DNA of 64,000 nucleotides from an uncultured Lachnospiraceae bacterium (GCA_964582375.1 CAZORL010000002.1:42860-106859); one strand, 5' to 3'. Positions 20,683 to 28,885 are shown, counted from the first letter of the stretch. Notes: generated by a model not told the origin, from the letters alone. Made by a program: numbers and translations.

Positions 20683-21462
20683 TCATGTATAAATGAGCAG
20701 TGAAATACGCACCCTGCCCTTTTTCGTTTCGGTCTGCTCGCAAAGCTTAAACTTGCCGACTCTTCTGACCGACACGATATCGCCCTCTTTGACGGTATCC
20801 GAAGGGTCAAGCTCCGACATGTGATTGAGCGAAACATCGCCGCGTGCGATAAGCTCCTTGGCTTTTTCGCGTGAGGTGTGCGCAAGCTCGGCGGCAATGG
20901 CGTCTATGCGTGCCGAGGCAACGGTGATCGAACCCTCGGTATATGACCGACGGTGATCGCTGTATTTTGAAATATCGGCGGTGCAGACCTTGACGGCGTC
21001 TCGCCCGACACGCTCGAGCGGATTTTCAGTCGAGAGTAAAAAGCCCGCAATAGGCGGTGTTACGAAAACCGTTCCGCCGCCTTCGTGCAGAAGTATATCA
21101 CCGATCGAATCTCGGTCGATGCCGAGTGATGTCAGCGCCCCGAGAAATGAGCTGTGGCGAAGCGAAACGTATCCGCTCGTCTTTATTTCAACAGCCGCGA
21201 TAAACTCGTCGATTGCCAAAGCGTCGATCGGAATATAATCGGGGCAAAGAAGCAGCATGCACCTCTCGGCATCCGGATATCCGCCAAGTCTTATTTTCGA
21301 TATTCCGTCCGCACCGCCAAGATACTTCTCCGCCGCCGCCAGATCCTCGGGAGAGAGAAAAACGGTGCATGACGGTATGCCGCAAGCGGCTTTGGAGCAC
21401 AACTCATCGAGCCTGCCGTAAAACAGGCTCTCGAATTTCATTTTATTCTTTTCGTTATTCAT
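20683..21462 (-). CDS. ylmH: YlmH-family RNA-binding (S4 domain) protein
   Basis: 259 aa with a C-terminal S4-like segment, positioned between yggT and divIVA. Confidence 0.82.
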   Translation of the reverse strand: MNNEKNKMKFESLFYGRLDELCSKAACGIPSCTVFLSPEDLAAAEKYLGGADGISKIRLGGYPDAERCMLLLCPDYIPIDALAIDEFIAAVEIKTSGYVSLRHSSFLGALTSLGIDRDSIGDILLHEGGGTVFVTPPIAGFLLSTENPLERVGRDAVKVCTADISKYSDHRRSYTEGSITVASARIDAIAAELAHTSREKAKELIARGDVSLNHMSELDPSDTVKEGDIVSVRRVGKFKLCEQTETKKGRVRISLLIYT

Positions 21463-21474
21463 AGATCAAACAGA

Positions 21475-21750
21475 TCAAAAGCGCGGAAGCAGAGCCTGGA
21501 TCACCGAGAGAAGCAACCATGCGATGGTGAAAGAAAAATCGAACGGAGTGTTTCCGAAAAACTCGAATCTCTCAAGCACCGCACGAACCGGAATTACAAG
21601 CGGCTCCGTGACATAATAGAGGAAGGTATAGATCTTATTATCGTCGTCCGGTTGAAACCACGAAAACACTGCTCTTGCCAACATCAAAAGCTGTTCAAGT
21701 CCCAAAAAGATACTGACAGCCGAGACGAGGACATATGCAAACTGATTCAA
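21475..21750 (-). CDS. yggT: YggT/YlmG-family membrane protein
   Basis: 91 aa with two transmembrane segments, in the conserved position after sepF. Confidence 0.85.
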   Translation of the reverse strand: MNQFAYVLVSAVSIFLGLEQLLMLARAVFSWFQPDDDNKIYTFLYYVTEPLVIPVRAVLERFEFFGNTPFDFSFTIAWLLLSVIQALLPRF

Positions 21751-21865
21751 AAACTACACCACTCTTCTTATCTTCTTTGTTATGATCACGGCTTTCGCCT
21801 TGGCGAAGGCGAGAAAGCCTTAACTCCGAAATCTGAAAATTGTTTTTCAGAGTTTCTGCCGCAGA

Positions 21866-22357
21866 TCAAAACTCGTCGCTCGAGCTCTGTCCCTTGGCGT
21901 TCTGTGCATCACTCAACTGTTCGCCGCTTATCGTGACATTCTTGGGGGTAATGACAAATGTATTGTTTGCTACCGCCTCGATCTGTCCGTCGATGGAATA
22001 CGCAACACCGTTGAGGAAGTCAACGATCCTTCTTGCAGTCTCTTTCTCAGCAGCCTCAAGATTAAGAACGACGGTGCAACGATTGAGAAGGTGATCGGCG
22101 ATATGTCCTACAGCCTTATAAGATTCGGGTCTTACCACCTTGAGTTCAAGTACCGATGATGTGCCGTCGGTTCTTGTTGTTCTGTTGTACGCACCATTTG
22201 CCTCGGTTCTTGTGTTTTCGGTCTTTTCCATGGGTCTGGTCTCCTCTTTTCTTGTCTCGGGCGTCGCTTTTGAGCCTACCGTATCAATGTATTCCTCGTT
22301 TTCCTCGGAAACGCTCGGATCTTCGATAAGCTTGTTAAAATAATCCTTTAAACTCAT
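21866..22357 (-). CDS. sepF: Cell division protein SepF
   Basis: C-terminal SepF domain (VVRPESY..IADHL..VVLNLE..A.RIVDFL.G). The ATG at 22357 is preceded by GGAGGAAG. The TTG start given in the track overlaps that RBS. Confidence 0.9.
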   Translation of the reverse strand: MSLKDYFNKLIEDPSVSEENEEYIDTVGSKATPETRKEETRPMEKTENTRTEANGAYNRTTRTDGTSSVLELKVVRPESYKAVGHIADHLLNRCTVVLNLEAAEKETARRIVDFLNGVAYSIDGQIEAVANNTFVITPKNVTISGEQLSDAQNAKGQSSSDEF

Positions 22358-22408
22358 TTTATCTTCCTCCAATATGTAATATTGATTTGTATATTCATAA
22401 CCGCCGCA

Positions 22409-23137
22409 TTAGACGGTATTTTGATAAATTCTTTTTCCGAACAGTGCCGATCCTATTCGGACGGTGTTTGCTCCGCACTCTATTGCGGTCTCAAAGCTGT
22501 CGGACATTCCCATCGACAGTATCGGCTCGTCGGTGACGATATATCCGCATGACATCATATCGTCGAGAATGAGCCTGGTCTTTGTAAAATACCCAAAAAG
22601 CTCTTCTTTTGTTGCCCCTTTTGGTGGAACGGACATCACGCCGACAAGCGAAATATTTTCAAACCCGCAAAGAGATCTCGCAAATTGGGTCGCATCATCG
22701 GGAAAAACTCCTCCCTTTGACGGCTCTGACGCTATGTTGATCTCGGCGAGGATATTCATTTTAAGCGAATGTTTGCACGCCTGTCTGTCGATCTCGCGCG
22801 CAAGCGAGAGACTATCGACCGAATGAATGAGGCAGACCTTGTCTATTATGTATTTCACCTTATTGGTCTGCAATCTGCCGATGAAATGAATATTCAAAAG
22901 ATCGCGCCTGAGATCGTCATATTTTGACAGAAGTTCTTGAACCTTGTTTTCGCCAATATCGCAAAGTCCGAGATTTTCGGCGGCGTAATTAATAGTCTCG
23001 ACATCGACCATCTTTGTAGCACCGACAAGCGTAATTTTTCTGTCCCCTGCGGCAAGCCTTATGTGTTCCTTAACATCGGCAAAGCGAGCCGAAAGGGCTT
23101 GGATTTTTTCGGGGTCAGTCAACAATTTTTCCGACAT
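22409..23137 (-). CDS. yggS: YggS/YlmE-family pyridoxal-phosphate homeostasis protein
   Basis: TLVGATKMV and IHFIGRLQTNKVK motifs, and 242 aa length. Confidence 0.9.
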   Translation of the reverse strand: MSEKLLTDPEKIQALSARFADVKEHIRLAAGDRKITLVGATKMVDVETINYAAENLGLCDIGENKVQELLSKYDDLRRDLLNIHFIGRLQTNKVKYIIDKVCLIHSVDSLSLAREIDRQACKHSLKMNILAEINIASEPSKGGVFPDDATQFARSLCGFENISLVGVMSVPPKGATKEELFGYFTKTRLILDDMMSCGYIVTDEPILSMGMSDSFETAIECGANTVRIGSALFGKRIYQNTV

Positions 23138-24353
23138 AGAGATCCTTTCCCTTTACTATAACGACATCATAGCGACTGAGTGCGGTATATCCTTTGTCAG
23201 GCTCGAATCCATCCTCCGAGAAGAATGCGCCGTCATTGCCGAATAATATCTTGATCTGACGAAATTCAACAACATTTCCGTGAAGCACATACACGCCCGA
23301 AACGCCATCAACCATACGAAGTGCCTCGGCAGGCAGTTCGTAGCCGTCTGTCTCACCGTAAACCACCGAAACGGAAGACAGTCTCGGATAGTCAAATGTG
23401 TTCGGCGTCTTGTTTGATTCAAAGAGAAGAGCCATTTTGTCGCCATCTTCCGATCTGATTACTCGAACGAGCGTCATTTTATGGGAAACAGTGCCGAAGT
23501 TAAGTTCGTATTCCCTGCCGCTTGCAAATCCCGCCGCTCTGTCGTTATCAACAACACAGAGTGCGTACCAATCAAATGATGTGACTACCTTTCCGACGCC
23601 TTCGGGTCGAGAGGAGGGGGTGCTCGATCTCACGCTTTCAACCGCCGAGATGCAGTCATCGAGTGTGAGCGAGTCAAGTGTCGCAGTCGAGAGCAGACCC
23701 TCGAATCCGTCAACACTCGCATAAAAGCTACCCGACTTATCGATCTTAACGGCTTTACCCGAAACCGATCTCTCAAGGGTGCTTTTTTGGCTTTCAAGGT
23801 TCGATATCAGCTCGCGACAGTTTTTGAGTTCGCCGCGAATTATCTTCGATGCCGCAAGAGCGACAGACAGTTCTGACGAAACGTTTGACATGGCAACTTT
23901 GTCGCCCGACTCGGTCAAGTCGCAGAGTGTCATGCGAAGATAGGATATCTTTTTCTCAACATCGACGATCGATGCTTTTGACGAAAGGGTCAGTGCCCCT
24001 TCAAGACAGGCGATCTCGCCCTCGAGGTCTTCTATCTCGGACAGTTTTTGTCGATTTTCATCACTATCATCGACTATCTCGGCGATCTTTTGTCCGGCGC
24101 TGACCTTATCACCGTTTGAAACGAGATATTTGCAAAGCGAACCGTCGGTGTCTCCGGGTATGACCGTTTCATCTCTGAAGATAAAGCATTCTCCCCGAAG
24201 CGACAATTCGGCAGTTGTTTTTTCTGCCGATACGGTCTCAACATCCTCGCTGACCGAGCTGAAAAAGTGGTAGCAAAGCTCAATGATGAGTGCGAGCGCG
24301 AAGATCGCAAGCAGAATGTATATCGCGATCTTTGACAGATAGCGTTTATCCAT
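23115..24353 (-). CDS. HlyD-like membrane-fusion/periplasmic-adaptor family protein
   Basis: N-terminal transmembrane segment, lipoyl-like hairpin (LVSNGDKVSAGQKIAEI), a long coiled coil and a beta-rich C-terminus. The ATG at 24353 lies 8 nt after GGGAGG. Confidence 0.7.
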   Translation of the reverse strand: MDKRYLSKIAIYILLAIFALALIIELCYHFFSSVSEDVETVSAEKTTAELSLRGECFIFRDETVIPGDTDGSLCKYLVSNGDKVSAGQKIAEIVDDSDENRQKLSEIEDLEGEIACLEGALTLSSKASIVDVEKKISYLRMTLCDLTESGDKVAMSNVSSELSVALAASKIIRGELKNCRELISNLESQKSTLERSVSGKAVKIDKSGSFYASVDGFEGLLSTATLDSLTLDDCISAVESVRSSTPSSRPEGVGKVVTSFDWYALCVVDNDRAAGFASGREYELNFGTVSHKMTLVRVIRSEDGDKMALLFESNKTPNTFDYPRLSSVSVVYGETDGYELPAEALRMVDGVSGVYVLHGNVVEFRQIKILFGNDGAFFSEDGFEPDKGYTALSRYDVVIVKGKDLYVGKIVD

Positions 24354-24421
24354 TTGCCCGACCTCCCATCGTACCTCGTGTTCTGTCAAGTCATTATTAT
24401 ATCACAATTTTGTGTATATTT

Positions 24422-25384
24422 CTACCGCGCGGTTTTTTTTAACAATAATTTTACAAAATCATCGATCGATTCCGGGTCGCAAATATCAAGATGCAGGGCA
24501 TTTTTATATCGCTTAAACCACGTGATCTGTCTTTTGGCGTAATTTCGACTCGCCTGCTTGATATCGGCGATCGCCTTTTCGATAGTGCATTCCCCGCAGA
24601 GAGCGGCAGACAGCTCTTTATAGCCGATCGCCTGCCCTGCGGTCGTGTTTTTGTCGAGAGAGAGCCGTCTTACCTCAAGGGCAAGTCCGTCGGCAATCAT
24701 CTTATCGACTCTGTCATCGATCCTGCGATAAAGATACTCGCGGTCGGAGCAATCCAGAACGACGATACGCGTATCATACCTGCTCGGCATCTCGCTCGAC
24801 ATTCTGTCAAACTCACTTTTTGTTATCCCCGACAAGCGATAGATCTCAAGCGCACGTATTACCCTTTTTTTATTGTTTTTATGAATTGCCGCCGCCGACT
24901 CGGGATCGACCGACAAAAGCTCGGCGTAATTTTCATCGATACTTCGTTCTTCAAGCATCTGCCGCAACAGAGGATCTGACGGTGGCGATGTCATGGTCCT
25001 GTCGAAAACAGCACTTTCGAGATAAAGTCCTGTTCCTCCGCAAAAGATCGGCATCTTCCCTCGTGATATAACGTCATCGGTCGCCGCACGTGCCGCCACC
25101 GTATAATCGGCGCAGGAAAATGGCTCATTTGGCGACACTATGTCTATCAAATGGTGCGGTATTCCCTGCATTTCATCCTTGGTCGCCTTTGCCGTGCCTA
25201 TATCCATTCCGCGATAGACCTGCATCGAGTCGCAAGAAATTATCTCTCCATCAACCTCTTTTGCAATTCTCACCGCAAGCGAGCTCTTGCCGGACGCGGT
25301 AGGTCCGACTACAGCAAGGACGCTCTCTTTTGTGATCCCTTCAAGGAAATCGGCGGCATTTACTTTTTCGCGGTCATTTATCAT
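24422..25384 (-). CDS. miaA: tRNA dimethylallyltransferase
   Basis: P-loop GPTASGKS, DSMQVYRGMDIGTAK and IPHHLID motifs. Confidence 0.95.
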   Translation of the reverse strand: MINDREKVNAADFLEGITKESVLAVVGPTASGKSSLAVRIAKEVDGEIISCDSMQVYRGMDIGTAKATKDEMQGIPHHLIDIVSPNEPFSCADYTVAARAATDDVISRGKMPIFCGGTGLYLESAVFDRTMTSPPSDPLLRQMLEERSIDENYAELLSVDPESAAAIHKNNKKRVIRALEIYRLSGITKSEFDRMSSEMPSRYDTRIVVLDCSDREYLYRRIDDRVDKMIADGLALEVRRLSLDKNTTAGQAIGYKELSAALCGECTIEKAIADIKQASRNYAKRQITWFKRYKNALHLDICDPESIDDFVKLLLKKTAR

Positions 25385-25456
25385 CGGCGATCCACCTTTC
25401 TTACATCAAGTGATGCGGTAATTATACCACAAATCCCGACACTTTGCAAGTGATGC

Positions 25457-25484
25457 TTGACATTTTTTTATTTTATGCTATAAT
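25457..25484 (+). promoter_or_regulatory. SigA-type promoter for rlmA
   Basis: TTGACA, a 16-nt spacer, then TGcTATAAT. Confidence 0.55.
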
Positions 25485-25522
25485 ATCCTCATCAAGAGTC
25501 GAATTAACCAAAGGAACAGATC

Positions 25523-26344
25523 ATGGAAAGAATTACTACACGCTTTACATGTCCGATATGCGGATACAAATTGTTTTTTGAGTCGAGCGAGCGGCGGTAC
25601 ATATGCAACGGCATGCACAGCTTTGACTGTGCGAGATCGGGGTATGTGAATCTGCTCATATCTCAAAAGGGCGGCGATCACGGCGACAATCGAGAAATGA
25701 TGCTTGCCAGAAAAAATTTTCTTGACGGCGGATATTATGAGCCGCTTCGCCTGGCACTATGTGATGAGATAGGTGCAGAGATCGCCGACAATGCGGCAAT
25801 TCTTGATGCAGGATGCGGCGAGGGGTATTATACAGAGGCAATAATGAAGACTCTGCCGCATGCCGATGTTTACGGGATCGACATTTCAAAAAGCGCACTT
25901 TCGCTGATCAGACAGAGAGAGCATCGACCGACATCGGCGGTGGCGAGCGTATATCACCTGCCATTTGGTGCAGAGGAATTTGATGCGGTGGTAAGCGTTT
26001 TTTCGCCTTTTGCAAAAGAGGAATTTCTGCGAGTGCTGAAACCGCATGGTATGATCTTTTCGGTCATCCCGTCAAGGCGGCATCTTTTCGGATTAAAGTC
26101 GGCAATTTACGACACGCCGTACGAGAATGAGATCGCAGCATACGAGATCGACGGATTTGAGTTTATTCGCAAGCGAGAAATATCCTCCATTTTGACCCTC
26201 GATTCAAATGAAAAGATCGACGCACTCTTCAAAATGACGCCTTACTGTTACCGAACGTCAAGCGTCGGACGAGAACGCGTTGCCGCACTCGATCGGCTGG
26301 AAACGGAGATCGGATTTGAGATACTTATGCACAAAAAGAAATAA
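25523..26344 (+). CDS. rlmA: 23S rRNA (guanine-N1)-methyltransferase RlmA-like, with Zn-ribbon and class I SAM methyltransferase domains
   Basis: N-terminal CPIC..C..H zinc ribbon with SGYVNLL, followed by ILDAGCGEGYY SAM motif I. Confidence 0.85.
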   Translation: MERITTRFTCPICGYKLFFESSERRYICNGMHSFDCARSGYVNLLISQKGGDHGDNREMMLARKNFLDGGYYEPLRLALCDEIGAEIADNAAILDAGCGEGYYTEAIMKTLPHADVYGIDISKSALSLIRQREHRPTSAVASVYHLPFGAEEFDAVVSVFSPFAKEEFLRVLKPHGMIFSVIPSRRHLFGLKSAIYDTPYENEIAAYEIDGFEFIRKREISSILTLDSNEKIDALFKMTPYCYRTSSVGRERVAALDRLETEIGFEILMHKKK

Positions 26345-26347
26345 AAT

Positions 26348-26386
26348 CCGAACCGCCTCACGAAATACATGAGGCGGTTCGGTTTT
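26348..26386. terminator. Bidirectional terminator between rlmA and tRNA-Ser
   Basis: ccgaaccgcctca/tgaggcggttcgg 13-bp stem, with TTTT on the plus strand and ATTTTAT on the minus strand. Confidence 0.8.
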
Positions 26387-26395
26387 AACAAAATA

Positions 26396-26486
26396 TGGCG
26401 GAGAGAATGAGATTCGAACTCATGGAACATTTCAGTGTTCACACGATTTCCAGTCGTGCGCCTTAGACCAGCTCAGCCATCTCTCC
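26396..26486 (-). tRNA. tRNA-Ser (anticodon GGA)
   Basis: The reverse complement folds as a class II tRNA. Acceptor stem GGAGAGA/TCTCTCC, anticodon loop CTGGAAA, long variable arm, T-loop TTCGAAT, and an encoded CCA. Confidence 0.93.
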
Positions 26487-26527
26487 GTGCATTGGTCAAA
26501 CGAATGTATCATCCGTCAGCGGGACAT

Positions 26528-26556
26528 ATTATATCACAAAAAATCGTATTTGTCAA
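26528..26556 (-). promoter_or_regulatory. Consensus SigA promoter for tRNA-Ser
   Basis: Minus strand reads TTGACAaatacgattttttgtgaTATAAT, about 40 nt upstream of the tRNA 5' end. Confidence 0.7.
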
Positions 26557-26583
26557 TAGCTTTTTGCAAAATTTCTTAAAAAT

Positions 26584-26771
26584 CGAACGATCCCCGGGTT
26601 CTCTATCAACATGAAGACTTGACAGGCAGTTAGGACAGTGATTACGATGATCCGTACCTGCGTTTTGCAGTGTGCAAAGTCTTCCGCAGACCTTGCATGT
26701 AAAGCTGTCGTCGCAGGCGTATGTCTTGTAGTACCCTTTTTCAAAGGTTTTGCTTTATTTTCGCGATTCAT
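26584..26771 (-). pseudogene. RNHCP-domain protein relic (frameshifted near the start, truncated at the 3' end)
   Basis: The ATG at 26771 with an AGGAGG RBS opens one frame. The RNHCP-like sequence (FTCKVCGRLC...TDHRNHCPNCLSSLHVDREPGDRS) lies in another frame that has no start codon. Similarity to the intact paralog at 29559 stops at about 26584. Confidence 0.7.
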
Positions 26772-26932
26772 TTTTCCTCCTGAGAAGATGGATCATACCT
26801 TTCCCGAGAGGAGGGCGTGTGTATTATTTGCCAACCTCTCGGTCAGAACACACACTCCGATATTTGATTTTTGTTCTTCAAAAAATTCTCCTGATTTTGG
26901 GATAAGATTTGCTGTCTTGCGACAGCTGTTTT

Positions 26933-26961
26933 ATTATGGCACATATTATTTTGTTTGTCAA
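26933..26961 (-). promoter_or_regulatory. SigA-type promoter upstream of the RNHCP relic leader
   Basis: Minus strand reads TTGACAaacaaaataatatgtgcCATAAT with a 17-nt spacer. Confidence 0.45.
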
Positions 26962-26973
26962 TGATTTTTTGAA

Positions 26974-27014
26974 ATAAAAAAGATCTCGCAACACTTTCTC
27001 GGTTGCGAGATCTT
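26974..27014 (-). terminator. secG intrinsic terminator
   Basis: aagatctcgcaac/gttgcgagatctt 13-bp stem followed on the minus strand by TTTTTTATTT. Confidence 0.8.
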
Positions 27015-27026
27015 GACAGCTGATAA

Positions 27027-27443
27027 TTAACCCTCGGTAGTAACTGCCGGTGCCTCGGTAGTTGTGGGTACCTCGGTAGTTGCGGGGGCTACGGTCGTGG
27101 TGGGAGCTGCAGTCGTGGTGGGAGCTACGGTCGTGGTGGGAGCTGCAGTCGTTGCGTTTGCGATATCACCCATATCACCGTAATCAACTTTACCTCTGCC
27201 GGGTTGGAGGATGAACAGGAGAATAACGACGGCGACAAAAACAACAGCAAGAATTATTGTAAGCTTATTGAGCTTTTTGTCAACGGTCTTGCCCTTATAT
27301 TTGCCGAAAAAGGTCTCAGCACCACCGCCCGAAACTACACCCGACATACGGGAATTTTTCGAGCTCTGCATAAGAACTGCTGCGATAAGAAGAAGGGCGA
27401 GAACGATAAGTACCACGCCGACGATAACTGTAATAGCGGTCAT
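27027..27443 (-). CDS. secG: Preprotein translocase subunit SecG with a 58-aa Thr/Pro-rich C-terminal extension
   Basis: Residues 1-80 align by eye with Bacillus SecG (VLMQSSKNSRMSGVVSGGGAETFFGK...). The tail is (PTTT[VA]A)n. Confidence 0.85.
   Translation of the reverse strand: MTAITVIVGVVLIVLALLLIAAVLMQSSKNSRMSGVVSGGGAETFFGKYKGKTVDKKLNKLTIILAVVFVAVVILLFILQPGRGKVDYGDMGDIANATTAAPTTTVAPTTTAAPTTTVAPATTEVPTTTEAPAVTTEG
27088..27155. repeat. 18-nt tandem repeat (about 3.8 copies) encoding PTTT(V/A)A units of the SecG tail
   Basis: gctacggtcgtggtggga / gctgcagtcgtggtggga units alternate. Confidence 0.85.
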
Positions 27444-27594
27444 AACTTTTCCTCCGAAAGAATGAAATCATTTTAATAAGTAATAAAGATCAAGCAGAGC
27501 CGCATCTGCGACAAGGGCGACCGCCTTCGGCAACTGCCGCAGGCGACCGTCGTGCCCGAGATGCCGCATGACGTTGCGGCAAGGGTATGTTACA

Positions 27595-27671
27595 TGGTGG
27601 GCCATCAGGGACTCGAACCCCGGACCAACCGGTTATGAGCCGGTAGCTCTGACCAACTGAGCTAATGGCCC
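27595..27671 (-). tRNA. tRNA with CAU anticodon (elongator Met, or Ile2 if lysidine-modified)
   Basis: The reverse complement is GGGCCATTAGCTCAGTTGGTCAGAGC...CTCATAA...GGTTCGAGTCC...ATGGCCCACCA. It has a G1-C72 pair and lacks the 3xGC anticodon stem, so it is not an initiator tRNA. Confidence 0.9.
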
Positions 27672-27702
27672 TTTTCTCGGGTTCTGCTTGTCAAGCCTCA
27701 TT

Positions 27703-27731
27703 AGTATATCACAAAATCTCGCACTTGTCAA
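27703..27731 (-). promoter_or_regulatory. SigA promoter for the CAU tRNA
   Basis: Minus strand reads TTGACAagtgcgagattttgtgaTATACT with a 17-nt spacer. Confidence 0.65.
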
Positions 27732-27792
27732 GAGCAAAAAGCAATTTTTTTTAATTTTATCTCACTTTATCGAATTTTTATCAAATTTTCTC

Positions 27793-27821
27793 TTGACAAA
27801 TCGTCAAAAAAATACTATTAT
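27793..27821 (+). promoter_or_regulatory. SigA-type promoter for hprK
   Basis: TTGACA, a 17-nt spacer, then TATTAT. Confidence 0.5.
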
Positions 27822-27885
27822 AAGTAAGGAGTGCTCCCCTTTCGGAGCAAAGACCGAAAATAAACAGTAAAACGAGGAACAAAAA

Positions 27886-28824
27886 ATGCCCGACCTCTAC
27901 TCCGTATCGCTCAGCGATCTTATAAAAGAATTCAATCTGCATGTTCTCTACATGCCCGAACGTGATGTACGTATCGACTGTATGGACGTAAACCGACCGG
28001 GGCTTGCGCTTTCGGGATTTTTCGATCATTTTGAGCGCAGACGAATACAAATACTCGGAAACGTCGAAAATCTCTACATCAAAAGTCTTGGCGAGGACGA
28101 AAGAAAAAGATCGCTCGAATCTTTTTTGAAGCTGTCGCCCGTTGCCGTCGTCGTGACCCGAAATCTTCCCGTAAGTGACTGGTTTATCGATTGTGCCGCA
28201 CGCCACAGTGTACCTCTTCTTGTATCGGCTCTGTCCACATCCGAATTTATGGCGGCACTGATCGGCTCGCTGTCGGTATCTCTTGCGCCGAGGATCACAA
28301 GGCACGGCGTGTTCGTCGAGGTCTACGGCGAGGGTGTCATGCTTACCGGCGACAGCGGCATCGGCAAGAGCGAAACTGCAATCGAGCTTGTCAAGCGCGG
28401 TCACCGACTTATCGCCGACGATGCCGTCGAGATCAAGAAGGTTTCGGCAAAAACGCTTGTCGGCTCCGCTCCCGAGCTGATACGCCACTACATAGAGCTG
28501 CGCGGCATCGGAATAGTCGATGTCAGACGAATTTTCGGTATGGGTGCGGTCAAGATGACCGAAAAGATCGATCTGATCGTCGCACTTGAGCCTTGGGACA
28601 GCGAAAAGGACTATGACAGATTCGGTCTTGAAACAGAGACCGAGGACATCATGGGTATAAATGTTCCGAAGCTGACGATCCCCGTAAAGCCGGGTCGAAA
28701 CCTTGCGATCATACTCGAGATCGCGGCAATGAATCACCGTCAGAAAAAGATGGGGTACAACACTGCCGAGGAGTTCAACAAAAGGCTTATCGAACAATAC
28801 GCATCCGAAATGCCCGATCAGTGA
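27886..28824 (+). CDS. hprK: HPr kinase/phosphorylase
   Basis: 312 aa with P-loop GDSGIGKSETAIELVKRGHRLIADD and the IELRGIGIVDV signature. Confidence 0.96.
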   Translation: MPDLYSVSLSDLIKEFNLHVLYMPERDVRIDCMDVNRPGLALSGFFDHFERRRIQILGNVENLYIKSLGEDERKRSLESFLKLSPVAVVVTRNLPVSDWFIDCAARHSVPLLVSALSTSEFMAALIGSLSVSLAPRITRHGVFVEVYGEGVMLTGDSGIGKSETAIELVKRGHRLIADDAVEIKKVSAKTLVGSAPELIRHYIELRGIGIVDVRRIFGMGAVKMTEKIDLIVALEPWDSEKDYDRFGLETETEDIMGINVPKLTIPVKPGRNLAIILEIAAMNHRQKKMGYNTAEEFNKRLIEQYASEMPDQ

Positions 28825-28828
28825 CAGA

Positions 28829-28872
28829 AAAAAGATCGATCGGCGGTAAGTCTGTCCGTCGATCGATCTTTT
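28829..28872. terminator. Bidirectional hairpin between hprK and the convergent membrane-protein gene
   Basis: aaaagatcgatcggcgg / ccgtcgatcgatctttt inverted repeat with flanking A and T runs. Confidence 0.65.
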
Positions 28873-28885
28873 GAAAATGTTACGA

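Noticed and set aside
25407-25456. 10-nt direct repeat caagtgatgc (25407-25416 and 25447-25456) in the miaA/rlmA divergent region
   Set aside because: It is short and only two copies are present, which could be chance. I could attach no functional pattern to it.
26553-26771. The 72-aa ORF as a genuine protein
   Set aside because: Only its first 8 or so codons look genuine. The RNHCP-like information is in another frame, so the ORF is treated as part of a pseudogene.
27040-27160. Short tandem repeats as a possible CRISPR or regulatory array
   Set aside because: The repeats are 18-nt in-frame coding units of the SecG tail with no spacers. No CRISPR-like repeat-spacer structure was seen anywhere in the window.
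26396-27671. tRNA genes as integration sites with duplicated att half-sites
   Set aside because: I found no repeat of either tRNA 3' end elsewhere in the window, and no integrase or recombinase gene. The island idea is kept only as a synteny-based inference.
27781-28797. 338-aa ORF antisense to hprK
   Set aside because: The plus-strand frame has the HPr kinase P-loop and signature. The antisense product has no motifs or RBS.
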